Below, in pieces: positions 37,196-47,073 of a DNA stretch of 51,045 nucleotides. Position numbers and translations under genes: made by a program. The stretch is from an uncultured Methanosarcinales archaeon (GTDB lineage: Archaea > Nanobdellota > Nanobdellia > Woesearchaeales > 21-14-0-10-32-9): the NCBI GenBank assembly GCA_964548665.1, contig CAZJQL010000005.1, positions 1-51,045 on the forward strand, in the 5' to 3' direction. The notes under the pieces are model-generated. The model searched no databases, was not told the DNA's origin, and saw only the letters and a list, made by a program, of their open reading frames with translations. Position 1 is the first letter of the stretch; each line of letters starts with the position of its first letter.

Positions 37196-37495
37196 ATGTT
37201 TTGTAGATCATACAATGACTTTTTTCAGGCATTAGCCAATAAAACCAATCAGCAAATAATAGAAATATTGCTGACAGGTTCAAAAAATGTGTCTGAAATA
37301 GTTAAAGCAACAGGTTTAGAGCAAAGCCACATCTCGCATTCCCTAAAAAAGCTTGCAGAGTGCAATTTCGTAGATGTTGAAAAAAACGGCAAACAAAGAA
37401 TATACTCTTTAAACAAAGAAACAATAATACCTATACTGAGAATAGCCGACAACCACGCGAAAAAAAGATGTCCGGTCTGTCCAAAGGTTCATTAA
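37196..37495 (+). CDS. ArsR/SmtB family transcriptional regulator with C-terminal H-x4-CxxC-x3-H
   Basis: FQALAN..N.QII..L; VSEI...GLEQS.ISHSL..L; G..R.YSL. Confidence 0.92.
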   Translation: MFCRSYNDFFQALANKTNQQIIEILLTGSKNVSEIVKATGLEQSHISHSLKKLAECNFVDVEKNGKQRIYSLNKETIIPILRIADNHAKKRCPVCPKVH

Positions 37496-37496
37496 A

Positions 37497-38885
37497 ATGG
37501 AAATAAGCAGAGAATTATACGACAAATCAGATAATGTGAAATACAAGTTCAAAGTACCTGATGGTCTGACTGAAGAAGTTGTCAAAAAAATTTCTGAATA
37601 TAAAAAAGAACCTGAGTGGATGCTTAAAAAACGACTTCAATCGTTAAAAATATTCAATGACCTAAAAATGCCTGGCTGGGGTCCGGATTTAAGTAAACTC
37701 AATCTTGACAAAATATGTTATTTCATTGTTCCAGATGCAACTTCAAATTCGACAACTTGGGAAAAAGTTCCTGATAACATAAAAAAAACTTTTGAAAGAC
37801 TCGGAATACCTGAAGCAGAAAGAAAGGCACTCGCAGGAGCAGGCGCACAATATGATTCACAAGTTGTGTATCATAACTTAAAAGAAGATTTGAAAAAGCA
37901 AGGAGTCATATTTGAAGATTTTGATGTTGCAGTACAAAAATATCCTGAGCTTGTTCAAAAATATTTTATGAACAAATGTGTTTCTCCTAATTTGCATAAA
38001 TTTGCAGCACTACATGGAGCAGTTTTTTCTGGAGGAACATTCATTTACATTCCTAAAGGCATAAAAGTTGATATGCCCCTTCAAGCATATTTTAGAATGA
38101 ACACAGAATCCATGGGACAATTTGAGCACACCTTAATCATAGTTGATGAAGGTGCACAAGTTCACTATGTAGAGGGTTGTTCCGCGCCCAAATACAATTC
38201 TAATTCAATTCATGCGGGTTGTGTTGAGATATTTGTTCATAAAGGAGCAAGAATGCGTTACAGCAGTGTTGAAAATTGGTCTGCTAATACCTATAATTTA
38301 AATACAAAAAGAGCTAATGTAGAAGAAGATGGAGTTATAGAGTGGGTTTCCGGAAATCTCGGTTCCGGCGTCACCATGTTATATCCTACATCTCTTTTGC
38401 TCGGAAAACGTGCTAAAGCAGACCACATAACAATAGCTTACGCCGGAAAAAATCAGAATCAAGACACAGGTGCTAAAGTTTATCATCTTGCACCAGAAAC
38501 GACAAGCACAATAAATTCTAAATCTCTTTCAAAAAATGGAGGAATAACAGCATACAGAGGTTTAATAAGAATAAAGAAAGGTGCCAAGAACAGCAAATGT
38601 TCAGTTACCTGTGACGCGCTGATGTTCGATAATTTAAGCCAGAGCAATACTTATCCTAGCATAGATGTTCAAGAAAAAGATGTTGATCTTGTTCATGAAG
38701 CTAGCGTAGGAAAAATAAGCGAAGAACAACTATTTTATTTGCAGAGCAGAGGTCTTTCAGAAGAACAAGCATTACAGATGATTGTTTCTGGATTTATAGA
38801 ACCTTTACTAAAAGAATTACCTTTAGAATACGCAGTAGAAATGAATAGATTAATTGAACTAGAAATGGAAGGATCCTTGGGATAA
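37497..38885 (+). CDS. sufB: Fe-S cluster assembly protein SufB
   Basis: KKEPEWML, LGIPEAE, GQFEHTLI, YVEGCSAP, HEASVGKI, LPLEYAVEMNRLI. Confidence 0.97.
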   Translation: MEISRELYDKSDNVKYKFKVPDGLTEEVVKKISEYKKEPEWMLKKRLQSLKIFNDLKMPGWGPDLSKLNLDKICYFIVPDATSNSTTWEKVPDNIKKTFERLGIPEAERKALAGAGAQYDSQVVYHNLKEDLKKQGVIFEDFDVAVQKYPELVQKYFMNKCVSPNLHKFAALHGAVFSGGTFIYIPKGIKVDMPLQAYFRMNTESMGQFEHTLIIVDEGAQVHYVEGCSAPKYNSNSIHAGCVEIFVHKGARMRYSSVENWSANTYNLNTKRANVEEDGVIEWVSGNLGSGVTMLYPTSLLLGKRAKADHITIAYAGKNQNQDTGAKVYHLAPETTSTINSKSLSKNGGITAYRGLIRIKKGAKNSKCSVTCDALMFDNLSQSNTYPSIDVQEKDVDLVHEASVGKISEEQLFYLQSRGLSEEQALQMIVSGFIEPLLKELPLEYAVEMNRLIELEMEGSLG

Positions 38886-38887
38886 AC

Positions 38888-39904
38888 ATGATAGAAAAGA
38901 AATATGGCTTAGGAATTAGAAATGACTTAGAAATAGAAATCAATAATTCATTTAAAAAAAAAATGGAGAAACCTGAACTAATCGTGTCTAAAAAATCTAA
39001 AGGAAATTTTTTTGTAAAAAAAGAACTGACTAAAGAAATGAATGAAGAAAAAGACGTTTTAGTTCAGACAATTAATGAAAAAAGTGAAAAAACAACGATA
39101 ACAATTCCTAAAAATTCTAAATGCAGCATACATCTAAAAACTAAATTCCTGAAAAAAACAAAAAATTATTCTTTTAACATGCAAATAATAGTGGAAGAAA
39201 ATTCTGAGTGCATCATAAACAACGAAATTCAAGGTAAAAGTCAGTTCGTATTAGGCTTGATAAAAATAATGTGCGAAGCAGGATCTAAAACAACCTATGC
39301 TGAATCAATAAATTTAGATAAATCTTCTACATATTATTCCCTAAAAAAATCAAAAATACAGCAAAATGCTGAACTTACAATATTGCAAGCAGACTTGGCT
39401 GGAAAAAAGATTTACCACGAAATAAAAAATAATCTAGAAGGAGAAAAGAGCTCTTCTAATATAAAACATTTATTTTTAGGTAAAGGTTGCATTATTGATG
39501 CACATTTAGGGTCTTTGCACAATAATAAAAACACCTCTTCAGACATTTTAAGCAAAGGCATACTTAAACAGGGAGAGAGTTATATAAGAGGTCTTGTTAA
39601 AATAAATGAAAATGCATATAACTCAGATGGTTATCAAAAATCAGATGTACTTATACTTGATGATTCTAAAGCAATATCCATTCCTGACTTGGAAATACAT
39701 AATAACGAAGTTAAATGTAGCCATGGTTCTACAATAACAAAATTAGATGAAGCTAAAGTTTTTTATATGCAATCCAGAGGACTTAGTGCAGAACAAGCTG
39801 AGCAAGAACTAATTCAAGGATTTTTCAACGATGTATTTCAAACAATAAACATCACCGATATTAATAAGCTGATTAATAAAAAAATACTAGAACTACGGAG
39901 CTGA
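38888..39904 (+). CDS. sufD: Fe-S cluster assembly protein SufD
   Basis: SIPDLEI.NNEVKCSHGST; FYMQSRGL; follows sufB. Confidence 0.88.
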   Translation: MIEKKYGLGIRNDLEIEINNSFKKKMEKPELIVSKKSKGNFFVKKELTKEMNEEKDVLVQTINEKSEKTTITIPKNSKCSIHLKTKFLKKTKNYSFNMQIIVEENSECIINNEIQGKSQFVLGLIKIMCEAGSKTTYAESINLDKSSTYYSLKKSKIQQNAELTILQADLAGKKIYHEIKNNLEGEKSSSNIKHLFLGKGCIIDAHLGSLHNNKNTSSDILSKGILKQGESYIRGLVKINENAYNSDGYQKSDVLILDDSKAISIPDLEIHNNEVKCSHGSTITKLDEAKVFYMQSRGLSAEQAEQELIQGFFNDVFQTINITDINKLINKKILELRS

Positions 39905-39908
39905 TTTT

Positions 39909-41111
39909 ATGAAAATAGATAAGGCAAAAAAAGAATTTCCTTTATTGAAAAACAAAATACATTACCTAGATAATGCTGCAACTACACAAAAGCCTGAAGT
40001 AGTCATAAATGCCTTCAGAGAATTTTACAGCAAATACAATGCTAATCCAAAAAGAGGAATTTATTCATTAGCTCAGCAATCAACAAAGATTCTTGATGAA
40101 GCTAGAGAGACTGTTGCTGATTTCATTAATGCTGAAAAAGAAGAAATAATTTTCACTAAGAGCGCTACTGAGGGTTTTAACTTAATAGCTTACTCCTTAG
40201 AATCTGAAATAGGAAGATGGAACCACATAATAACAACTGAACTTGAGCATCACAGCAATTTTATTCCTTGGCAACAATTAGCTAAAAGAACACAAGCAGA
40301 ATTTAAAGTGGTTGAATATAATGCCGATAACAATGTTTTAGAAGATTTTGAAAATCATCTTACAAAAAAGACAGCTCTAGTCGCGATAACTTTAATGTCC
40401 AACGTAACAGGCATAATAATAGATGTGAAGAACATAATAAAAAAAATAAGAGAGATTAATGATAAAGCTCTTGTTGTTGTAGATGCAACTCAAGCTGTTG
40501 CTCACATGAATGTGGATGTCAAAGATTTAGATGCTGATTTTGTTTGTTTTTCTTCTCATAAAATTTATGGGCCGACCGGAGTTGGCATAGTTTACGGAAA
40601 AAGACATTTACTTGAAAGAATGAAACCCTTTCTTTTTGGAGGAGGAATGATTTCGAAAGTTAAATTATCAGAATCCTCCTGGGCCGAGTCTCCTGACAAA
40701 TTTGAAGCCGGCACAATAGATGTTGCGGGGATTTATGCATTTGCAGAAGCAATACGTTTCTTTAATTCCTTAGATCTGGAAGAACTAAAAAAATCAGAAG
40801 AAGAACTAAAAAAATATGCACTTAATAAACTAAAAGATGTTAAGCATCTTAAAATACTTGGTCATGAATCTGAGAATTACGGCCCAATCATAAGTGTTTT
40901 GTTAACTGATTTACACCCACACGATTTGGCAGAAATATGTTCTAGAGAAAACGTTTGTGTTAGAGCAGGACATCATTGTGCTCAGCCATTGATGAAAAGA
41001 TTAGATGTTGTAGCAACAACCAGATTAAGTCTTTCTTTTTATAATGAAAAAAAAGATGTTGATAAATTCATTGAATGCATCACAAAAGCGAGGAAGATTA
41101 TAAATGGATGA
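39909..41111 (+). CDS. sufS: Group II cysteine desulfurase SufS
   Basis: YLDNAATTQKP, EHHSN, SSHK (PLP Lys), RAGHHCAQP. Confidence 0.96.
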   Translation: MKIDKAKKEFPLLKNKIHYLDNAATTQKPEVVINAFREFYSKYNANPKRGIYSLAQQSTKILDEARETVADFINAEKEEIIFTKSATEGFNLIAYSLESEIGRWNHIITTELEHHSNFIPWQQLAKRTQAEFKVVEYNADNNVLEDFENHLTKKTALVAITLMSNVTGIIIDVKNIIKKIREINDKALVVVDATQAVAHMNVDVKDLDADFVCFSSHKIYGPTGVGIVYGKRHLLERMKPFLFGGGMISKVKLSESSWAESPDKFEAGTIDVAGIYAFAEAIRFFNSLDLEELKKSEEELKKYALNKLKDVKHLKILGHESENYGPIISVLLTDLHPHDLAEICSRENVCVRAGHHCAQPLMKRLDVVATTRLSLSFYNEKKDVDKFIECITKARKIING

Positions 41112-41481
41112 ATTATACCGGGATTTTTTATTAGAGCATTACAAGAATCCTCATAATAAAGGAAAGATCATAAAACCCCACCTTCACAAAGAAGATTCTA
41201 ATCCGCTTTGTGGAGACGTAATAGAAATATTTGCTAAATTAAAGAATGATAAAATTGACAAGATTTCTTTTACCGGAAAGGGTTGCGTTATAAGTCAAGC
41301 AACTGCATCCATTCTAACAGAACATGTTAAAGGAAAGACACTGAATGAAATTCAGAACATTACAAGAGACGACTTGCTTGATTTAATTGGTTTAAAACTG
41401 ACTCCAGAAAGAGTAAAGTGTGCAATGCTCTCTCTTTCAGCGTTAAAAAAAGGAATCGTTGAATACGAGGCAAAGAAATGA
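41104..41481 (+). CDS. sufU: SufU (NifU-like) sulfur-transfer/scaffold protein
   Basis: LEHYKNPHN.G, NPLCGD, GCVISQA.AS, RVKCA.L. Confidence 0.93.
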   Translation: MDELYRDFLLEHYKNPHNKGKIIKPHLHKEDSNPLCGDVIEIFAKLKNDKIDKISFTGKGCVISQATASILTEHVKGKTLNEIQNITRDDLLDLIGLKLTPERVKCAMLSLSALKKGIVEYEAKK

Positions 41482-41515
41482 AAGTTGAATTTTTAATAAT
41501 AAACAAAGTGATAAA

Positions 41516-42211
41516 ATGAAAATAATTAGAGCAAATGAACGAGGAAAGACCGAACTATCTTGGCTTAAAAGCAGACATAGTTTTAGTTTTAATAATTACT
41601 TTGATCCTGAAAAAATGGGCTTCGGCAAGTTAATAGTTCTTAATGATGATGTAATCGAACCTGAATCAGGATTTGAACCACACCCTCATAAAAATATGGA
41701 GATTATAACAATTGTTCTTGAAGGAGAACTTGAGCACAAAGACAGTTCTGGAGGAGAGGCATTTATGAAAAAAAATTATGCTCAAGTAATGACTGCTGGA
41801 AAAGGAATTATACATTCAGAAAAAAATCCTTCGAACAAGAAAAAACTTAAGCTCTTACAGATATGGATACACACTAAACAAAAAGATCTTATTCCAAGAC
41901 ATGAAGTAAAAAAAATCGTTGAAATACCTAACAAATTTTACTTAATTGCTTCAGGAAACTCTGAAGATAAAGCTTTAAAAATAAATCAAGACGCATACAT
42001 TTCAACTTTGATTCTTGATATAAATAAAGAAATAACTTACAAAGTAAAAAAAGAATCTAATGGATTGTACATATTTATAATTGATGGATCAATAGAACTT
42101 GAAGATAAAAAATTTAACACGAGAGATGCCGTAGAATTAAATAAACAACAAAAAACATCTATAAAAGCAATAAAAAAAAGCAGAATTCTAATGATAGAGG
42201 TGCCCGTATGA
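41516..42211 (+). CDS. Pirin family protein (YhhW-like)
   Basis: WLKSRHSFSF, GF..HPH.NMEI, HKDS.G, AG.GI.HSE.N, LQIWI. Confidence 0.93.
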   Translation: MKIIRANERGKTELSWLKSRHSFSFNNYFDPEKMGFGKLIVLNDDVIEPESGFEPHPHKNMEIITIVLEGELEHKDSSGGEAFMKKNYAQVMTAGKGIIHSEKNPSNKKKLKLLQIWIHTKQKDLIPRHEVKKIVEIPNKFYLIASGNSEDKALKINQDAYISTLILDINKEITYKVKKESNGLYIFIIDGSIELEDKKFNTRDAVELNKQQKTSIKAIKKSRILMIEVPV

Positions 42212-42948
42212 ATGCACTAGAATTAAAGAAATTTAAAGTGAGTATTGAGGACAAAGAAATAGTGAAAGGGATTGATTTATCTTTAAAAAAAGGCGAAGTG
42301 ACAGTTATTATGGGACCTAATGGTTCTGGTAAGAGTACTCTTGCTAATGGGCTGATGGGTCATCCGAAAATGAAGACAAAAGGAGATGTTTTACTTTCCG
42401 GAAAAAATCTGCTAGAAATGTCTCCTGATCAGAGAAGCAAAGAAGGACTTTTTTTATCATTTCAATACCCTGAAGAAATACCCGGTGTAAATGTTTCTAG
42501 TTTTTTGAGAACAGCAATTAATACAAGAAGATCTAAAGATAATCCTATAAAATTGCAAGAGTACGTAAAGCTTCTTAATGAACACATGAAGCTCCTCAAT
42601 ATTCCTAAAGAGTTCGCATCAAGATATATTAACACAGGTTTTTCTGGCGGTGAGAAGAAGAAAATAGAAATGCTTCAATTAGCAATGCTCAATCCTAAAG
42701 TTGCTATTCTCGATGAAACAGATTCCGGTTTGGATATTGATGCATTAAAATCGGTTTGTGAAGGAATTAATTTATTAAGAAAAGAAAATCCTGATATGAC
42801 TATTTTAGTAATTACTCATTATCAAAGAATGCTTAATTACTTAAAACCAGACCACGTCTGTATAATGTTAGATGGAAAAATAATAAAGAAAGGTGATGCT
42901 AATCTCGCTCACGAGCTTGAAACTAAAGGATATGAGGAATTCAAATGA
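42208..42948 (+). CDS. sufC: Fe-S cluster assembly ATPase SufC
   Basis: GPNGSGKST, FQYP.EIPGV, GFSGGEKKK, LDETDSGLDIDAL, ITHYQR. Confidence 0.97.
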   Translation: MNALELKKFKVSIEDKEIVKGIDLSLKKGEVTVIMGPNGSGKSTLANGLMGHPKMKTKGDVLLSGKNLLEMSPDQRSKEGLFLSFQYPEEIPGVNVSSFLRTAINTRRSKDNPIKLQEYVKLLNEHMKLLNIPKEFASRYINTGFSGGEKKKIEMLQLAMLNPKVAILDETDSGLDIDALKSVCEGINLLRKENPDMTILVITHYQRMLNYLKPDHVCIMLDGKIIKKGDANLAHELETKGYEEFK

Positions 42949-43808
42949 GTTTTGATTTTTCAAAAATAAAAGTTGATAATCCTGATAAGTTGAGATTTGG
43001 AACTGCAGGAATACCTGTTATTGCTCGAGGACAAAAAACCTCTGAAGGTGTTCAAACAGTTAGAAACATAGGTTTGGAAGCTATGGAGTTAGAGTTTGTT
43101 CATTCTGTTAATCTGAATTCTTCTTCAGCAGAATTTGTCAATGAACAAAGGGAAAAAAATGATGTCATGCTTACTTGTCATGGCTCTTACTACATTAATC
43201 TTAATGCGGAAGATCCACAGAAAATAGGCGCATCTCGTTCAAGAATACTTCAAGCTGCTAATATAGCAAGACAAGCAGGAGCTTGGTCCCTTACGTTTCA
43301 TGCAGCATATTATTTGAAAGATGCTAAAGAAGTTGTTTACAATCGTGTTAAAGATCAGCTGAGAAAAATAACTGATGAATTAAAAAATACTGGAAACAAT
43401 ATTTGGGTACGTCCAGAAACCACAGGGAAAGCCACTCAATTCGGAGATTACAAAGAAATAATTAAATTAAGTCAGGATGTTGAGCAAGTTCTTCCTTGTG
43501 TTGATTTTGCACATCTTCATGCTAGAACAAATGGAAAATACAATACTCTGGAAGAATGGAGAGTTGTTCTTTCGGATATAGAAAAAGGGCTCGGAAAAAC
43601 TGCATTAAATAATATGCATATTCACATGTCTGGAATTGCTTACGGAGAAAAGGGAGAAAAGCACCATTTGTTTTTAGATGATTCGGATCTTAATTATAAG
43701 GATCTGATTAAGGTCTGGAAAGAATTCAAAATAAAAGGCGTTGTTATAAGTGAAAGTCCGAATATTGAGGAAGACGCCTTATTAATGAAGAAAGTGTATG
43801 AAAAATAA
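42945..43808 (+). CDS. nfo: Endonuclease IV (AP endonuclease family 2, archaeal type)
   Basis: HGSYYINL, FH, PETTGK, DFAHLHAR, HIHMSG, ISESP. Confidence 0.88.
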   Translation: MSFDFSKIKVDNPDKLRFGTAGIPVIARGQKTSEGVQTVRNIGLEAMELEFVHSVNLNSSSAEFVNEQREKNDVMLTCHGSYYINLNAEDPQKIGASRSRILQAANIARQAGAWSLTFHAAYYLKDAKEVVYNRVKDQLRKITDELKNTGNNIWVRPETTGKATQFGDYKEIIKLSQDVEQVLPCVDFAHLHARTNGKYNTLEEWRVVLSDIEKGLGKTALNNMHIHMSGIAYGEKGEKHHLFLDDSDLNYKDLIKVWKEFKIKGVVISESPNIEEDALLMKKVYEK

Positions 43809-43832
43809 AAGAAATGAAGCGAGGTTGATAAA

Positions 43833-44444
43833 ATGAAACACGAATTACCAAAATTGGGATATGCTTATGATACATTAGAACCACACATAGATGCAAAGAC
43901 CATGGAAATACATCATACAAAACATCATCAGGCATACATAGATAAGCTTAATGCTGCTCTTGAAAAGTATCCTGAGTTACAGAAAAAGAAAGTAGAAGAA
44001 TTGCTAAAAGACTTAAACAAAATTCCAGGAGACATAAGATCTGCTGTTATAAATCACGGAGGGGGACATTTTAATCACACTTTTTTTTGGAGCATTCTTA
44101 AAAAAGACGTTGCATTAAAAGGAAAGTTAGCAGATGCTATAAAACATAAATGGGGTTCTTTTGATAAATTCAAAGATGAATTTTCAGCAGCTGCAATGAA
44201 TAGATTTGGAAGCGGTTGGGCTTGGCTAGTCGCAGATTCCAGTGGCCAGCTCTCAGTCATCAGTACAGCTAATCAGGATTCTCCAATCTCCAGCAATTTA
44301 AAACCAATTATCGGTTTGGATGTTTGGGAACATGCTTATTATTTAAATTATCAGAATAAAAGAAATGAGTATATTAACGCTTTTTTTAGAATAGTTGATT
44401 GGACACAAGCTGAGAAATATTATGAAGCTGCAATCAACAAATGA
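43833..44444 (+). CDS. sodA: Superoxide dismutase, Mn-type signature
   Basis: [42 protein letters not shown]. Confidence 0.95.
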   Translation: MKHELPKLGYAYDTLEPHIDAKTMEIHHTKHHQAYIDKLNAALEKYPELQKKKVEELLKDLNKIPGDIRSAVINHGGGHFNHTFFWSILKKDVALKGKLADAIKHKWGSFDKFKDEFSAAAMNRFGSGWAWLVADSSGQLSVISTANQDSPISSNLKPIIGLDVWEHAYYLNYQNKRNEYINAFFRIVDWTQAEKYYEAAINK

Positions 44445-44453
44445 GGTGTTGAA

Positions 44454-45218
44454 ATGAGTTATGTTTTAATTACTGGAGCCTCCAGCGGAATAGGTTTGGA
44501 GTTGTCTAGGCTTTTTGCTAAAGACAAGCACAATATTGTTCTTGTGGCGAGGAACAAAAATAAACTCGAATTTCTTAAAAAAGAATTAGAAGAACAACAC
44601 AGCATTAAAGCATCTCTTTTAATAGCAGATCTTTCTAAACCAGATTCAGCAGAGCAAATAAAAAAAAGTCTTGATAATAAAGGAATAAAGATTTCTTTTT
44701 TGGTAAATAATGCCGGTTTTGGAGATTATGGTTTATTTCAAAATTCAGATATTTATAAAACTGAGCAAATGATTAATGTGAACATTCTTGCTTTAACTAA
44801 ATTAACGAGATTGTTTCTTAAAGACATAGTTGAATCTAAGGGAGGTATACTTAATGTTGCGAGTGTCGCTGCATTTCAACCCGGGCCTTATATGTCTGTT
44901 TATTATGCAACAAAAGCTTATGTTCTTTCGTTCAGTGAAGCATTAGCAGAAGAACTTTTAGGTTCGGAAGTTAAAGTGAGTGCACTTTGTCCCGGACCCA
45001 CTAAAACAAATTTTGTTGAAACATCAAACATTAAGGATCCTGAGTTTTTAGGCAAAAATATTCCTTCTGCAAAAGCGGTTGCAGAATATGGATATAATGC
45101 ATTTCTAAAAGGAGAAAGAGTAATCGTGCATGGATTTAGAAATAAGTTGCTCACAAAGACTGTCAGGTTCTTACCGAGAAAAATTGTTACTAAAATCGTT
45201 AAAAAAATTATGAGGTGA
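44454..45218 (+). CDS. Short-chain dehydrogenase/reductase
   Basis: [17 protein letters not shown] (YxxxK). Confidence 0.95.
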   Translation: MSYVLITGASSGIGLELSRLFAKDKHNIVLVARNKNKLEFLKKELEEQHSIKASLLIADLSKPDSAEQIKKSLDNKGIKISFLVNNAGFGDYGLFQNSDIYKTEQMINVNILALTKLTRLFLKDIVESKGGILNVASVAAFQPGPYMSVYYATKAYVLSFSEALAEELLGSEVKVSALCPGPTKTNFVETSNIKDPEFLGKNIPSAKAVAEYGYNAFLKGERVIVHGFRNKLLTKTVRFLPRKIVTKIVKKIMR

Positions 45219-45222
45219 AATT

Positions 45223-45675
45223 ATGCTAGCAAACAATATTAAAGCTCCTGATTTTTCTTTGAAAGATTATGAAGGAAAAATTCACAAACTATCTGATTAT
45301 AAGGGGAAAAAAATAATTTTGTATTTCTATCCTAAAGACGACACTCCTGGTTGTACTAAAGAAGCATGCGGATTTAGAGATTCTTTCGGTGATTTCAAAA
45401 AGAAAAATGTTATTATAATTGGAATAAGCAAAGATGATGAAAAGTCTCATGCTAAGTTTATAAAAAAATATGATCTTCCTTTTGTTTTACTTTCGGATCC
45501 TGAGCATAAAGTTATTGATGCTTATGGTGCTTGGGGAGAACGTTCATTTATGGGTAAAAAATACTTTGGAACAATTAGAAGTACATACATAATTGATGAG
45601 AAAGGATTTATCATTAAATCTTTTCCAGATGTGAATCCTGAAAATCACAGTAAAGAATTATTAGAGGCGTTATGA
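45223..45675 (+). CDS. bcp: Peroxiredoxin BCP/PrxQ
   Basis: [16 protein letters not shown]. Confidence 0.95.
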   Translation: MLANNIKAPDFSLKDYEGKIHKLSDYKGKKIILYFYPKDDTPGCTKEACGFRDSFGDFKKKNVIIIGISKDDEKSHAKFIKKYDLPFVLLSDPEHKVIDAYGAWGERSFMGKKYFGTIRSTYIIDEKGFIIKSFPDVNPENHSKELLEAL

Positions 45676-45679
45676 AAAG

Positions 45680-46360
45680 ATGATGAAAATTTTTAATTTT
45701 ACTTCAAAACTGATCAAGAAAGAAAAATTGACCGAAGATACATTTAAGTTTACATTTGAAAAACCTGATTATTTTGTGTTTGAGGCAGGTCAATTTGTTA
45801 ATATGAAAATAAATAAAGGTACAGAATCGAAGTGGAGATCTTATTCTATTTTAAATAAGCCTAGTGTTAAAAAATTTTTTGAGTTATGTATAAAAATTGT
45901 TTCTGATGGATTTGCTTCAGACGTTTTAAACAAAACAAAAACAGGGGATGCATATGAATTCAAAGGGCCTTTTGGTCATTTTAAATTTGAAAAAAGCGAT
46001 GCGGAACATTGGTTTCTCGCCACAGGAACAGGAGTGGTTCCTTTTTATAGCATGATCAATGAGCATCTAGAAGATAGAAAAAGAATGTTTTTGATACTTG
46101 GTGACAAAACTGAAAAGAATTTGTTGTTTCATAAAGAATTCGAGGAGCTTTCAAAAAATTCTTCTTTTACTTATATTCCTACAGTTACTAGAGAAGATTG
46201 GTCTGGAAAAAAAGGTCGTGTTCAAAAACATCTTCCTGAAAATATTTCTAATAAGATTTTCTATATCTGTGGTTTGAAAGATTTTGTTTTAGAAACAGAA
46301 TCTTTGTTGCTGGAAAAAGGAGTTTCTAGGGAAAACATAAAAAAAGAAAGATATAGCTAG
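45680..46360 (+). CDS. FAD/NAD(P)-binding ferredoxin reductase-like oxidoreductase
   Basis: F.AGQFV, RSYS, GPFG.F, ATGTGVVPF, YICG, ERY. Confidence 0.9.
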   Translation: MMKIFNFTSKLIKKEKLTEDTFKFTFEKPDYFVFEAGQFVNMKINKGTESKWRSYSILNKPSVKKFFELCIKIVSDGFASDVLNKTKTGDAYEFKGPFGHFKFEKSDAEHWFLATGTGVVPFYSMINEHLEDRKRMFLILGDKTEKNLLFHKEFEELSKNSSFTYIPTVTREDWSGKKGRVQKHLPENISNKIFYICGLKDFVLETESLLLEKGVSRENIKKERYS

Positions 46361-47073
46361 TCTTTGTTCATGTAATGTTTTCTTTTTTGTTCATCAAATC
46401 TCTCTATTGAGTATCTTAGCATTGTTCTCGGCATTATTTTATAGTGTTTGTCTAAAAATTTTTCTTCTATTTCTTGATTTCTTTTTCCTATTTCTCTGAG
46501 CATCCATCCCACTGCTTTTTGAATTAAATCATGCTTATCATCTATAAGTATTTCCGCTATTTTTAGTGCATCTTCGAATTTGTTTTTCTTTATGAAATAA
46601 AAAGTCGATATCATCGCTATTCTTTTATCCCAAAGATTTTCTGAGTTAGCCAGATTGTAAATTAGCTTTTTGTCTTTATTTATTAGCCATGCTCCGATTA
46701 TTTTGTCTGCAGATAAATCTACTAAATCCCAATTATTAACTTGATCTTTGTGCTCAACATAGAATTCGAATATTTTCTTTTTTTGCTCTTGATTAGCTGA
46801 GTTGAACTTTTGTACAAGAATGAGCAAAGCTACAAGTCTATATTCGTGTATTTTATTTTGAATTAATTCTCCTATATCATCAATACTTAAGTCTTGATAT
46901 TTTTTTGCTAATAGTCTTTGTTCTGGAACAGTTAATCCTAAAAAAACGTCTCCTTCCCCATATTGACCTTTACCTGTTTTAAAAAATCCTGACAATATTT
47001 TTGCTTTTTCTGGACTGGCTTTTTGTTTTATCTCGTTTTTTAAATCATTAAAAAGAGTATTCATTTTCATCAT
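46357..47073 (-). CDS. DNA alkylation repair protein (AlkD-like)
   Basis: FFKTGKGQYGEGD.FLG, NNWDLVD, HDLIQKAVGWMLREIGKR, MPRTMLRY. Confidence 0.92.
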   Translation of the reverse strand: MMKMNTLFNDLKNEIKQKASPEKAKILSGFFKTGKGQYGEGDVFLGLTVPEQRLLAKKYQDLSIDDIGELIQNKIHEYRLVALLILVQKFNSANQEQKKKIFEFYVEHKDQVNNWDLVDLSADKIIGAWLINKDKKLIYNLANSENLWDKRIAMISTFYFIKKNKFEDALKIAEILIDDKHDLIQKAVGWMLREIGKRNQEIEEKFLDKHYKIMPRTMLRYSIERFDEQKRKHYMNKD

